Shown here: piece after piece, positions 44,201-57,959 of the stretch
Layout of the letters: each line of letters begins with the position of its first letter
How positions within the stretch are numbered: the first letter of the stretch is position 1
DNA from: Takakia lepidozioides
Lineage: Eukaryota > Plantae > Bryophyta
Direction of reading: 5' to 3'
Length of the DNA stretch: 64,000 bases
NCBI GenBank assembly: GCA_030704615.1
Contig: CM060732.1
Coordinates: 69,440,001-69,504,000 of the forward strand
Program-made: the position numbers and the translations under genes
The notes under the pieces: model-generated
Database searches by the model: none
The model's input: the letters and a program-made list of their open reading frames with translations, nothing else
Told to the model about the DNA's origin: nothing

Positions 44201-47200
44201 TCGTTCTAATTTTTGATCAGCCCACAAGCAAAACAACCACAGGATCCATAAGTATAACTGTTGAACAGTATACGCCACCAGAGTGAAGGCAGACACCACA
44301 AAATGCAGTCAACGTCTAGACAGTGGGCTATCGAATTTAGGTTCATTTTACCTCTTGACACCTCCTCTTCTGTGGGTCCCACCTTTTTCTCTTTGCGCCT
44401 GTTGATTTGAGATATAGAGGCAAATCTGACAATATCTTAAATGGACTGCACACTCTCTTGGTACAAATCGATCTATGCTTGAGCAAATTGGATGAGAAAA
44501 ACATCAGAACTTGTCAGCAAAAGAGGCATCCTTTGTAGAAGGCATCCAACTTGTTTCCTTCCTTGAGTGGTGTATATTTATCTATTATCATTGAGGAGTA
44601 CCATTATCTGATGAAAGATGGACTCACTGTATCATGTGTACCTGGATCATGTACCAAGCACACTGCCAGGCGGACTTAGTAAAAACTGGTGCCATTACCT
44701 CCACCCACCTGCACATTGCATGACATCCACTTTAGGTGAGCAAGAAGAAAGAAGAGAGGGGATGGAGAGGCAAAAAAGAGAAATGTGTGGGATCACCTAC
44801 CCTGTACAAGGGGGGCCAGTACTGTTATCTGTACACCACCATGTGCCCCGAAACTTGTAAAACCGTCTGTTTCAAACCAATCAGCAGACAATGCAGCAAT
44901 CGCACAGTAAGAAGTTTGCCACCGAAAAATTCTCACATTTCAGACATTGTTTTGATCAGAGAAAAAGAAGGGAGGTGGGCGGAACACACACCCCAGACTG
45001 ACCGCCCTCCAGATACTACAAAACTTTCATCAAATCCAGGACCTCCCATATAACCAAACAAATCAGACGCATACAAGAAGCAACAGTAGAGCAACACAAC
45101 TGGCTTAGAAATACCTGAGCCAACCCAAGCCAACCAAACCCAAACTTTGGCAAATCTGAAGAATTTTGGATGCAAAAGACCAATCCACGGACTTGCCTGT
45201 GCACTCGTGCTCTTGTATTGCGAACTGTGATGCGGTGGTGAATATCAGGCGAAGCAGGGTCAAGAGCAGGCTGTGAAATCTCTAGTCCTTCCTCCTCCAT
45301 GATTTCCAGATACCTGTCAACCTCAATATATTGCATTAGTAAGGGGATTAGTAAGCCCCATTCTCTTGGTTGATTTACTTGGAACAATCAAGTAGTCATA
45401 GATCAAGGGAAATGCGGTCCTACCTACCCTTCAAGCTTTAGGCAGTGAGAGTTGAACTTCGAAAATTAACTAACTTTTCATTCATTTTAGTGGATGGTAC
45501 AGAAAACCTTGTAGTCATAGAGACATGCGGTCACCCATTGACCTAATGTGATTAAATATGAGTCGAAGATCACAGTCGGAATTTCCATTTTTGGAGTGTA
45601 GAAACCCTCACTTTGGAGGAAAGATCTATAGAAGTCAAACCTGCCTGGATTGAAGTGTTCCACTCCAATGTCCTCATCCCATATGAAGATGTAGTTGTAC
45701 TGTGCCACAATGTCTGGGTGCAAAAACCGCTTTGCAAACCACCTGCCTCCATGCAGTGCAGATTCAATCTCCTATTAGGCTGGTGAATCCACAGATACAT
45801 CTGATCTGACTGTAACAAGCACGAGGATACTCGTAAGACTTTGTTTACTGTAGCGTTGTGACCCGTGCCCAGTTTGGACGGAAAACATAGGCAGAAAGAG
45901 ACAATGATCATTACCTATTGACATTGTCTATGATCCACCATTGAGTGCCTGCAGGCGACTGACCCTACGAGTTCGGGTTGTGGAGTTCAGCCCACCCGGC
46001 TACATGAGAGAGAGAAAGAGAAACAAGCAAACAAACATTAAGACATCCCCAGTGGGCCCCCAAGGGGAGACAAAAGTATAGCAATAAGGAAACCACACCA
46101 AACGACTCCAGACATCCCTCACAGACGACCTGCATCATGCCAAACATTCTGATCCTCAAAGCTGAAGAGAGAGAGACCCCCCCCCAGGGGTAATCCGCCA
46201 AGACTGAACGAGTAAGACAAGATGTGCACCATTTTGTTTGATGTAAGGCAACGATATGAATTGACTGATTGCTCCAAGGCAAATCACTCCACTCTTCAAC
46301 AGTACCGTCGTAGTGGAACAACATAATTGTGAAGTTACTGAGTGGAAACTGAACACGCCCAACATATCCTGTCAGAAGGCCCAACTAGCTAGGGTCCAAA
46401 GTGTATGCAAATACCAAATTGATTACTAAACACTTGCACGAACACGAAAACACTGCAAGATAATGCACAGATCTCCGTGCATATCAGCTCAACCCTTTCG
46501 GTACACTTAATGAAAGCATTTGCTAGGGTAAACTTGTTGGACCTTTTGTACAATTTGATCGACATTGGCTTTCTGCTTGATGCCAACTGGTATTGCCAAG
46601 AGATTCTTTGGCATGTCCTCTTGAATCTGGCATAATCAAACGTCACCCTCCCAGGTTAAATGTGACTATGAGATTATAATGACAAGGAAAGTCAGCACCA
46701 CCCTTTCCACAGAAACAGTCTGATCCTGTGGCAGCTTACCCGATCACCCCTTTATCTGAGAGCTGCAAAATTTTGGTAAGTCACTATCCAATCATAAACC
46801 TGAGGTAAATGTAAACAGACAGTATTTTCTGCCAGCACTTGTCATCAATTGAGGAAGCATAGAAGACAAGGTGACAATAATCACACTGCTGTCAAAACAA
46901 GCAAGATTTCATTGCCAATCAAGGTCACTGCACTCCCCTAGACAACCATTGCTCAAGTTCTCTGCTGTACCAGAGGGACGTCAAGGTCCCTACAGCAGTG
47001 AGCTGTGATACATAGGAGGATAAAGATTACCTTGGCCTCATACTTGTTACTAAGAGGTCTGAGCTGCAAGTCTGTTGTAGCCTGGATTATACCTTTAGGT
47101 AAGGCCTCACATCCCCATTTACATTGGCTTCCTGTTGCTCTGCATTTCCCCAGTCCATCCTGCAAAGATATTCGATCATTGTTGCCCAAGAGACAACACA

Positions 47201-47920
47201 TTTGCTAGAGCCTCTCAGCCTTAAAAACAGTCCACAGCTGCTGGCACACAGGGAACATGGGGCACAGTACGGAGCAACCCAAATGACACTCAGACGGAGT
47301 CCCTCATGCAGGTAGTGGCAAAGCACTTTGGGGGGGTAGCCTCTGCCAAGGACGAGGAATTCCTGAAGAGATACTAGTTTTTGGCCCTGCTCTCTTAGTA
47401 TGTAGGGCACAAGAAAGAGAAGTGATGCTCTGTCTCTTACACAAATTAGCAGAAAGATACACAATCAGCTTTAGGAACTGGCACAAACATAAGTTTGCAT
47501 TCAATGGCAATGGGTTCAGACCTTATACCCTGCAGTAGCTGGTCGTAAACACATGGATTAGAGAACCCTGCACCAGTCCACAAACACCTTGAGTCTCTGT
47601 TCGCTCAGAAACTAGAGAGGATACTTCTGAAAGGAGTACTACAGTCAACTTACTTAGGAGTCACAACTAGAACCCACCACCTGCTCTCTATTTCTCTCGC
47701 CATGTACAGAAGTCTCATTGAAATGGATGCAGCACTCACCAGGCAGAGTCAACTCCAAACCATTAAGAGCATTCAAGTAGATGGAGAAGGGAAAAATGGG
47801 CCATACCGGTGTAGACCGCTGATTCACAAAAATGGCGCTGAGGAATAAAGTGAGCATAAGGACAAGAACACCATATGGCATGTAGTTTGGACAGGAGAAT
47901 TTCCTCTTTCCTGTGCCCAT
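41296..47920 (-). CDS. DUF707 family protein (putative type II membrane glycosyltransferase-like), ~11-12 exons
   Basis: Exons encode a TM helix; EALPKGIIQATTDLQLRPL; LLAIPVGIKQKANVDQIVQK; FTIMLFHYDG; WWFAKRFLHPDIVAQYNYIFIWDEDIGVEHF; GLEISQPALDP; GPPCTGWVEVMAPVF; NDLIHGWGMDFKLGYC; VGVIDAEYILHQGIPSLGG; IRKRSHDELEIFAQRWKEAVQKDPSWVDPY. Start codon and penultimate exon are uncertain. Confidence 0.92.
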
Positions 47921-49491
47921 AGACAACTTTTCATCTGGCTGCAGCAACAAACATAACAAAGTTAATTCAATGATAGCAAGTGCAGCCATGGAATGCAGAG
48001 CATTCAACTTAGCTCTTCAGCAACTGAGGCCTTTGTACAAAATGAGTTTGGTCTCAAATTTGTTCAGATTACTCAGATAGTGATCTTTGCTTAGAATTGG
48101 ATAGTAACAGGTCGAAATCGTGTTCAGAAGTGTAGCCCAGTTTAACTGGGCAGTAAATAAGCCAGGTATTGGCATGTTGCACCGTGGGCTCCGAAGTCTG
48201 TTAACCATTCCCGTCAATTCGTCCGCACACTCGAGTACTTCGATACAGACAGGGACAAGTAAATCAAGCTTTCGGCTAGCTAGTTAACGTTTGGTGTTGC
48301 CTATTCGTACATAGATGTGAAGTGGGAAAGGTTGCTGTAGCTTGCACTCCATACACTGCACGCACCATGGAATGAGGAGAGAAGGGGGGAAAGGAAAATA
48401 CAAGAAAGAAAAAGACTTTAACGTCCACAGAAGTCCACAACGGCCAAAGGGTAAGGGTAAAACAAGTCAGCAACTAGTTCAGAATGCATAAAGGGTCGCC
48501 CGAAGACGAAGTGCCTCGTCAAACAATGAGAAGAAAAACGTACAGCTCCTATGTAGCGATAGATGAAAGGTGCTGACTTTAGCCATCTCCAACCACTCAA
48601 CATTGTACTCCGCTTCCCCGTACCCGCGCCGTTGCACTACATTGCCTGCTTCAATACCTTCCCAGCACAACTTTGTTGTTCACTTGCTGGTCACCTATGA
48701 CTATTCAACCAAAGCTTTCACCTGCCCCCTTTACTTAGAGCTGTCTCACCCACATCCTGCGCCTCCTCAACCCCTCTCGTCTTTGGATCTGTGATGTCAA
48801 AAGGCAAATGCACACGGACACTCCCCGCTATCTCCCTCCAGCACACATCTCAAAACTGCAGTTGGTAGTGCGACACCCATTTCACCTGCAAACCTTCCAG
48901 TCTCCACAGAAACACTATTGGATTAGCTTCAGCAGCGCACTCATACTGCTTCAGGACACCCTCCACACCGGATCTGCATGCGGGCATTCATGTCTTGGCA
49001 GTAGGTCTAATAATGCTTTGACGATCAGTGTGACTGATGAGTGAACTGCCCCGGACCCCACCAATTATGGCAGCTCACAGACGGAGATCTGCCATCATAA
49101 ACCCAGCACGGGGTACCATCTCCAGCAAAAAACCATGATCCACAAAACACCAGAAATGCCTCAAAAGCCCCAGAAATTGAACCCACCTCGTTCAAACCAA
49201 TTTTCAGAAATTTTTGAGGCTTCTGTAATCCTTTGTAGTGCCATCCATTTCAAGGGGTAAAATTAGCCGAGCTGTGATCCATTCTTCTCTCTTTCTTTGA
49301 CCATCACAAATACCCCCTGCCAGAATTTGGGACCCCTACTTATTTATTTATGATGTTTATGGAAAATATGTTCCGACTATCATCTTACTAATTTCTCCTG
49401 TCGGTCGCAATTTTTGGGCATGGTAACATGCTAGAAAGAATCTTGGAATCCATGCGGTAAAATATTTCTGTTGGCGCTAATAAGTAGCATA

Positions 49492-51667
49492 TGTTGAATA
49501 TGGTCTTTACACCCCCCACTACACCTTAGGCATTTAACCGGCTTTATCTTTAGTGATAGCTTTCAGCGTAAGTGGACTCTAAAGAGTAGAAGTAGTGGAA
49601 TAGCTGATGGTCTGCGTACCGGCAGCCTGTGCGTCGTTGGCATCAGTGAAGGGTTACCACTCTTCACACTCTTTAGGAGCTTGACTATTTTTTTCCTTTA
49701 GACAGCCCACCGGGCTTACTTATGTGGCATTTTTTTCGCTCTCAACTGATCTTTGATTACTGTCAACATGGTATCAGAGCCTGGAGCAGTGTAGCACAAC
49801 TCCTGCAATCCTACGGCAAGTCAGTTTCAAGACAGAGTTTGTTTTTTAGCCGATGTGCTGACATATCTCCATTGTGTGAATCGATTGTAGTCATAATGTC
49901 CTTCTAGAGAGTTTTAGCCGATGTGTAGAATAGTCTCCATTGAGCAAGTGTCTAGCTCCTATAGTGTGATCCTCCTCCCTCTTGGTAACTTATTGTTCAC
50001 GCACCATGTCTTTGTGTCCTCCGTAACAAAACTCAAATTTAGAGAGTACTATCTATAGTCATGGCAAATTTAGACAACACTATCTCCGAGTCAGGCAAGC
50101 TCTTTGGGTCCTTGAACTACAATGTCTGGAGCTTCAAGCTCGAAAACATCCTGATCAGGGATGAAGTATGGCATCATGTCGAACCTCTCCAACCGGTGAT
50201 CAGAGGTCTAGCACCTGAACCTCTCCAACCAGTGATCAGAGACCTGTAGCACCTCCACTCATCAACCCTGCCATTGAACTTAGGCAAAAGAACAAGGCTA
50301 GGTCGATCATCAATCTGTCGCTCAAGGATGACATCATTGGTTTGGTAGCACACCTAAGAGATCCTAGAGAAATCTGGGACTTTCTACAGGTTTGCTACCA
50401 TAACACCAATAATGCTAGAGCACTGTATCTTAAAGGACAGGTTATTTACAAACACTAGGCTCAAAGAAGGAGTATCAATCACTGATTATCTCAAAGAGGA
50501 TATCAAATGGAATGTATTGCCTGGCCAGTATAGAAGCCCCTATCGCAGAAACCGAGATTGTTGAACGAATGATCAACTCTCTTCCTGCTGCTTACAATAG
50601 AATTGTCCAGATAGTTGGAGGGGGTGTTGTACTTCCGAGTCTCAACGATCTGTCTAGTAGAGCAGAATTACATTTCTCAACAAGCAGCGAGGTGATGAGG
50701 AAGCTTTGTTCACAAAATTCAAGCAAAAATTGTTATCAAATGAAGCTATTTTCACCAGGTTCAAGAACCATAACCCCTTCAGATCCTCCATGTCTGAGGA
50801 TGACCCATCGACAAAATTGGTGACTCGCAGCTCTTGGCAGGAAGATTTTCGACCAAGAGTCGTTGGCCCTTGCAATTTTTGCAGTTGCACTGGGCATCTT
50901 ATTTGCAACTGCAACGATTTGGCCGGGAAATCAACAAGCGCAAGCGAGATAGACGTGCACGCCTTGGTCCATCGGCTCATTTGATCGAGGTGTTCGACGC
51001 GGATGGCCTTGAGATCCTAGATGACAACTTTGAAGAAGTGGATATCTTCACAATGGGTTTAGAATTGGATGGCCAGAAAAACAAGACCTGGTACATGGAT
51101 TCGGGTGCTAGCCGACATGTGTCTGGAGATCATAGCTTCTTCACATCTCTATCTCCTGTACCGTATGACTCCAACATTAGAGCTGCAGGAGGGGAAGCTC
51201 ACCGCATAGAGGGAAAAGGGAATGTGGAAATCATACTACCAGGAGGTGAAATAAAAGAGATACCCAATGTTCCATATGTTCCTCCTTTGAGCAAGAATCT
51301 CATCTCAGTAGGATCTCTCACAGATCAGGGCCATGTACTAATGTTTGATAGCTCCCAGTGCATCATACTCAAGAAGCCCAATATTCTGGTTGGCAGAGGG
51401 GAACGCAACCCCTCAAATGGCTTGTACCAATGAAGGAGTCTGCACGTCATGCCTAGAGGGGAAACAAACTAGAGAGCGAGCTCCTAGGGTTAGTGAAAGC
51501 CGAGCCTTCCAGGTTCTCGAACTTGTGCATGCAGACTTGTGCGGCCCATTCCAAGTGAATTCACTATCAGGTTCTAAGTACTTTCTCACATTAACAGATG
51601 ACTTCATCCGCAAAACCTGGGTGAGGTTCCTCAAGCTCAAATCAAACACGTTTGAGGCATTCAAGGC
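49492..51667 (+). mobile_element. 5' half of a degenerate Ty1/Copia retrotransposon: 5' LTR 49492-49768, PBS 49769-49780, gag, protease, integrase N-part
   Basis: LTR TGTTG..CAACA; PBS TGGTATCAGAGC (tRNA-iMet); gag NYNVWSFKLENILI and zinc knuckle; protease WYMDSGASRHV; CTSCLEGKQTR..LELVHADLCGP..KYFLTLTDDF. Confidence 0.92.
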
Positions 51668-51930
51668 GGGGATTGCTAAACCGTGAGCAGAATCCGTGAG
51701 CAGAATTCTGCTCACGCTTCTGGATGTGCTCACCTATAGCCGTGGACACCTATTCGGCTTAGAAGACCTATTACTGTGGGTAGTGTCCAGTATAACATGC
51801 ATACCAATTCATCGTTCTGGATGAATGACGGATGAATGATGGATGAATGGACGATGAATGTATGTTGGACGAATAGCACATGGAATGCAGTTTGTGGTTG
51901 AATGCAAAATTAAAAAGCATTTTTGAGTAG
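51668..51930. mobile_element. One end of a Mutator-like DNA transposon inserted in the Copia integrase
   Basis: Starts GGGGATTGCTAAACCGTGAGCAGAATCC right after the 10-bp duplication CATTCAAGGC; GGATGAA subterminal repeats. Confidence 0.6.
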
Positions 51931-52942
51931 TGGTTGCCAAATCCCCCGAACTCCGGAGTGAACCTCTACCAACTGCAGAGGGTTGTGGTTGTCCTTTCAC
52001 CAGGTATCTTAAGTCGAGAGAGATGCTGACACCTAATTGCAAAGAAGGTGAAGAGGCCATTTGGTGCTTTAATATAAATCGTTTGAAAACAGCTGATTTA
52101 TTCCGACGAAGAATATCCACTGCTACTGGAGCCGGAGTCCAAAACGAAGGAAGAACTGTCTATGAAGACATTAGCCTTGTTCTGCACAAAATCCTCTCTA
52201 TCATAAAGCACAGGAGGGGGAGAAGAGAGGAGACTAAATTTGCAAGCTGCAGCCTCTGCATAACATGACATCTGTAACGTCTTCTAGTGTGCTATTTGGG
52301 GTGAATGACATCTACAAATTGTTCGGACCACATAACTAACTTCAATTCTGTGCACAACTCAAGGCTATGTCAAGCTTCAACTCCCTCTAAGGATGCTATT
52401 TCTCACACCAAAACTATCAATTCATTAGCATATGACAACTACGTTAGACCTACAGCTGCACAACTCTCTATGATACTGTTGACAGTAATCAAAGATCAGT
52501 TGAGAGAGAAATTAAGAGTGCCACATAAGTAAGCCCGGTGGGCTGAGTCTAAAGGAAAAAATAGTCAAGCTCCAATGAGTGTGAAGGGTGGTAACCCGTC
52601 ACTGATGCCAATGACGCACAGGCTGCCGTTACGCAGACCATCGGCTATTCCACTACTTCTACTCTTCAGAGTCCACTTACGCTGAAAGCTATCACTAAAG
52701 ATAAAGCCGGTTAAATGCCTAAGGTGGAGTCAGGGGTGTAAAAACCATATTCAACATCCCATCTCAGCCCTGACTACGGCATTACAAACTAATCAAGAAA
52801 CGAATCTCTTCTTCGCTGGAAACAGTGGTGATGATGAACTGTTGAGAAGCTGCTTATTGGTGAAGGAGCGTAGCTACGGCGTGAGCCTAGCTGCGTGAGC
52901 CCAGGGTTTAGAGGAGGGAGAAGCAAGTCCTATAACCGAGGA

Positions 52943-54744
52943 CAGGGTTTAGAGGGGGTCCTATTACCGTGGAAGCGTATATTTTGGAAGAAGAGATGAA
53001 CACGGCAAAACTTCCAAACACGGCAAACACGACAATATTGAGTCCCCTTTAGAAGCACGACGATCGACCCAATTCTCCCAGCCTTACTTCGTCAACCCCA
53101 AGCACTCCCACCCCCAAGCACTTCACGCAGTTGGTCCCACCCTCCACCAGTGCCAAGCGCTCCACCTTGAAGACGAGCCCCAAGCCGCGATCCCACCTGA
53201 CCCACTCTCACCAAGCCCCAACCTTCTCTGGTCACTGTTCTTATAAGTATACTCCTGCAGCAGCCACACCCACTAGTGAGTTGCTTTTCAACCCACCGAC
53301 AATAGTAGAACTATCTAGAAAGTAGAATTCTCTAGAAAATTCCCTAGTGAACTAGGGAAGATGGCTATACCAACTCACAATAGCGGGTTTAACGGGTTCT
53401 GGACCTAGATGGCAGGTCCGGGTCCGGGTTCATTTTAAAATTGAACATGGGTCAGGGTCCGAGTTTTTGGTGATGGCACGGGTCCGGATCCGGATAGGTA
53501 ACCCGGACCCTAACCAGGCTTTTTCTTAGGGATTTTGAAAAGGGGTAGGAGTGGCTATATATATTGGGTGTAGGCTAGTGCAAATGGCCCACTCTGGATA
53601 ATTTTCCTCGAATTGGTATGCTACATGTATTTCCACCCTTGTACATAAATAATTAAAAACCATAGGACGAATGGAACTCTTTCTATTCTATGTGAAAACC
53701 ATAGGCTAATTGGTGCAAATGAGGTGTATAGTTCTCGCAAGACCGGCGACGAGCATCTCCTTGGGAAACGGAGGAGGCCCCACAATCCTGAACCCACTCT
53801 TCATCTAGCTTGTTAGATCATCCTGTATGGGGTCCGCCATGGCTACATTTGTGCTGCCCTCGTGGGTCCACAAGTGAGGATCTTTTTGAGACCCCCAGTT
53901 TTTGGCAAAAACTGCCTTATTTGGACATTTTTTTCCCTTTGTTTCATTCGCCAAGGGGATTTTCAAGCGGCCAAATGGCGAAAAATCGCCAATAAAAAAA
54001 ACGCTAACCCTAACCCGCCGGGTACCCAAGGTGAAAATCCGGACCTGCACAACACTGTCGTCGATGATCATCCTGAAATCATGATCATGAAGAAATTGAG
54101 TGTGTTGACGCACTCAGTTCTCCGCAGGGGGTGGGAACAAAATAAAACAAGAAACCCCCCCCCCGCCGGGTACCCGGGGTGAAAATCCGGACCTGCACGA
54201 CACTGTCGTCGATGTCGTCGATGATCATCATGATCATGAAGAAATTGAGCAGTTCTCCACGAGGGAAGGGGACAAAAAAAAAACAAGAAAAAAAAAAAAA
54301 AAAAATTATTTCCCCAACCCGCCGGGTACCCAAGGTGAAAATCCAGACCCGCACAACACCGTCGATCATGAAGAAATTGAGTGCGTTGACGCACTCAGTT
54401 GTCTGGGGGGGGGGACGGAAAAAAAACAATAATTTATTTATCCCCCCCCCCCCGCGGAGGACTGAGTGCGTCAACGTACTCAATTTCTTCATGATCATGA
54501 TTTCACGATGATCATCGACAACATCCAAATGCCGGGAAAAAATAAATAATTAATTATTCTTGCTTTTATTTATTTATTTTTTGAATTCTTATGTGTCTGA
54601 CGCCCCCTTAATTCTTAGCCCTGTTTCCCTTCACGAACATGGCAGTTCGCTAAGGGTTAGGATTAGGGTTTGCCGTGTTTGCTATATTTGCCGATTTGCC
54701 GTATTTCCGTGGTAATGGGTGCTCATCCGCGGAAATACACCCTG
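52943..54744. mobile_element. Putative non-autonomous hAT-like element(s) nested between Copia RNase H and the 3' LTR
   Basis: CAGGGT..ACCCTG ends, inverted subterminal ATTACCRYGGAA and ACGGCAAA repeats, internal CGGGTC repeat cluster (53385-53515). No matching 8-bp TSD. Confidence 0.4.
54014..54523. repeat. ~150-bp unit repeated three times directly plus one inverted partial copy
   Basis: CCCGCCGGGTACCC..GTGAAAATCC..CATGAAGAAATTGAG at ~54014, 54161, 54317; reverse-complement copy at ~54452-54523. Confidence 0.85.
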
Positions 54745-57585
54745 CATCTTCCCCCATTCTCGTGCCACATGGACTAGCCTCATGTCAGGCTCTTGCGCTC
54801 ACATGCTCCTGGGCTCGCGTGGATAGGCTCACACTCTAGCATTCCCCGATGAGCAGTGACCAGAATCAGCCTCGGAGCTCGTCTTGTTGATCTCACCCAT
54901 ATCTGCCATACCTAATAAGGCCCTCATATTTTCAAATTTGGTCTTGCCCATTGGTTTGGTGAGGATGTCAGCCTTATGCCCTGTCGAGGGCATGAATTCA
55001 AGGCAGAATATGCCGTTGGTAACCAGACCTCTTATGAAGTGGTATTTGGCCTTTACTATTTTTGGAGACAAATAGAGCTCGATACATATGATCCACAACC
55101 CAGTTTTTCATGGACGCACCAAGCGCACTTAGCATTGTATACTAATATTGACCCCCTGTATGTATTTTAATTACCAATTTATCCATCCTTTGTGTGTAAA
55201 AACTTGTAAAAATTTTCATTTAAAAAAAGCCAATCCCCGTACAAAAAGAGACAAAAACTTAGGTCTTAGGGTCAATCCCATCAACAAATGCAGAAAAAAA
55301 AAATATAACTTGTACTCTTATATGTATTTATAGATCTTTGTAAAGTTTATGTAAATGCATTATCCCCTACGTATACTTCAATATTTTAACCAATCATACC
55401 CCTTCCCATACATATATTTCGTACAATTGTTTTTTTCAAAAACCCCTCTCCAGTAAAGTATTGATCACAGATGGTGTTCTAGCCTATTGAAGAGTAAACC
55501 CCCCCCCCCCCCCCCCCCAAGGAGGGCAGTGCAGGCTTGTCTCTTGCTAGCCCGCGATATTGGTGAGCCTCCAATAATGAACAAATAGCCAAAGGTTGAT
55601 CCTCGCTGATCTAAGTCACCTGCATAGTCTGAATCCGTGTACCCGAGTAGCAACCCTCCACAGAAGAAGAGTCCAAGATTGATAGTTCCTTTGAGGTAGC
55701 GGAAAATCCGATGGGCCGCCATCATGTGAGGGACATGCAGGATCTGCATGAAACGGCTCAATAGCTAACCGCAAACTGAATATCCGAGCGAGTTTGGGTG
55801 GCGTGTAACAGCTTACCCACAAAGCGTCGGTACATAGTGGGGTCGACGGGAGGAGCATTCATATCAGTAGTCAGATAGTTCCTCCATGGAAGTCGGTGCT
55901 GCGTTGCAATCAGAGAGGTCCAAGTCCGTGAGGCAGCGGACAATATAGCTTCGTTGCGTCATGAAAATACCAAGCATAGAGAAAATATACTCCACCCCAA
56001 GGTAACGAGACAAAAGGCCAAGGATGGACGTCCGAAAACGAGAGCACAGAAGAGAAGTGAGCTGATCACAGAAGGGATAGTCATTGCCAATGAGAAGAAT
56101 ATCATCAACGTACAACAGTAGGATGGTGATGAGGCCATCAAATCAAAAGAAGTAAAAATTGGATTCAAAATAACAACGTTGGAGCTCATGAGAGAGAAGA
56201 TATTGATCAATCGTGTCATACCAAGCACGATTGGCCTGGCATAAGCCATAAATGGCTTTGTGCAAGCGGCACACTTGGGTCTCCTTACCTGGAATCACAA
56301 ACCCTTCAAGTTGAGAAATGTAGACCTCATCATTTAGCTGTCCATTGAGGAATGCACTCTTGACATCAAGGTGCATGATGTTCCAATGGTTGGAGGCAGC
56401 AGCAACAGTGCGGATCGTGTCCCACTTAACCACGGGACTGAAGATGTCATCAAAATCTACGTCAGTTTGTTGGCATCCTTTGGCCACAAGTCGAGCTTTT
56501 AGTTTTTCAGGGGTGCCATTGTGGCCAGTCTTGGTCTTGAATACCCATTTGGTCTTGATGAGAGAGTGCCCCTTGGGTAGTGGGACAAGAGACCAGGTTG
56601 CATTTTCTGCAATGGCAAGTCCCCCTTCCATGGCTTTGCGCCATTCAGGATGGGCCAATGCAGCTCTGGTGGAGTTTGGCTCTGGAGTCATCTCAGTGAA
56701 CCCAATGAATGGTTCAAGAGCTCGACGAGTAGTTATAGGATCATCCAAGTATTTTGGTGCAGTTGGGATGCGGGAGGAACGTCTGGGCTCTGGGGGAGGG
56801 GTCGGTTGTTTTGGAGTATGCTGGGGAGACGGAAGGGCATGGGGATCAGAGGAGGCAGAGGAAATACTTGGGGTGGTAGGCAAACAAGAAGAAGAGGAAG
56901 AAGAGCAAGGAGGTAGAGAAGGACTCTCCTCTGACAACATTGGAACTTGTCCTAGTGGGACAGAGATAGATGACGGAGTAGCATCAAGTCCAGATGCAGT
57001 CGGGGCCGAATCCTCAGGCTCTACATGATTGACCGAATGGAAAGACATATTCATCAAACTTGACATCCTTACTGATTAATACCTTACGTGTATCATGGCA
57101 GAAGAGTCTGTACGCTTTGCTTTGAGTATCGTACCCAACCATGATGCACGCACGACTCTTGGGATCTAATTTGGACCGGAAACTCTTGTCAATATACACA
57201 AATGTTGCACATCCAAATACTCTCAAAGTGGATAGGTTTGGCTTGATTCCAGTGAAACTCTCCTCTGGTGTGATTGGGCCATTTGCTCGAGTTGGTTATA
57301 CATTCGTGAGGAATATGACACAGTTAATAGCTTCTACCAAGAAATAGGGTGAAACTTGTGCCTCTTCCATCATGCTACGAGCCTTCTCGAGTAGTGTGCA
57401 GTTCTTCCGTTCTACAATGTCATTTTGGTGCGGTGTGCGGGCTTGAGTGAGTCGCCTCGTTAGCCCTTGATCCTTGCAAAATTGTTGGAATTGCTCAGAC
57501 AAGAACTTGCCACCATGGTCACTTTGTAGTGTCTTGACCAATTTGCCCGTTTGAGTCTCAACAACCTTCTTCCAAGCCTTGAATG

Positions 57586-57930
57586 AGGGCAGCAAAGGCA
57601 TGAGCAGATTCCCCCGAGCGTGAGCAGATTATTGATGCGGACCCTAAAAGCAAGGGAACAAGTGGGCCTATTGCCGTGGACACAAACTCCACTGCAACGG
57701 CGCAATCTTATCTCCATCGGACTGAAGACAGACAAACTCCATGACGACAATGTGGCACGAATGTGCGATGAAAAACTGTCGGATGAATATATCTATGATG
57801 AACGTAAAAGAGAATGGATGAACATTGGATGAACGTTGGATAAATGTCGGATGAAAAATTGCCCAGATGAGTGAATCATGGATGACTGCAACAACATGTG
57901 CGTAATGATCCATGTGTTGTTGAGTTTAAA
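57586..57930. mobile_element. Other end of the Mutator-like DNA transposon
   Basis: Starts AGGGCAGCAAAGGCATGAGCAGATTCC beside the reverse complement of CATTCAAGGC (57576-57585); GGATGAA subterminal repeats. Confidence 0.6.
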
Positions 57931-57959
57931 TAAGTGTATTTTAATTTGGCGGAAGCTTA

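Larger units (their letters stand above)
52477..57585 (-). mobile_element. 3' half of the same Copia family, inverted: integrase core, RT, RNase H, PPT-like tract, 3' LTR 52756-52477; carries nested insertions
   Basis: LTR highly similar to 49492-49768 in reverse complement, preceded by the purine tract GAGATGGGA; KTLQSDHGGKF, TPHQNDIVERKN, LKARLVAKG, HLDVKSAFLNG, YVDDILL, GYTDSDYAGD, KYHFIR..ADILTKP. Confidence 0.9.
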
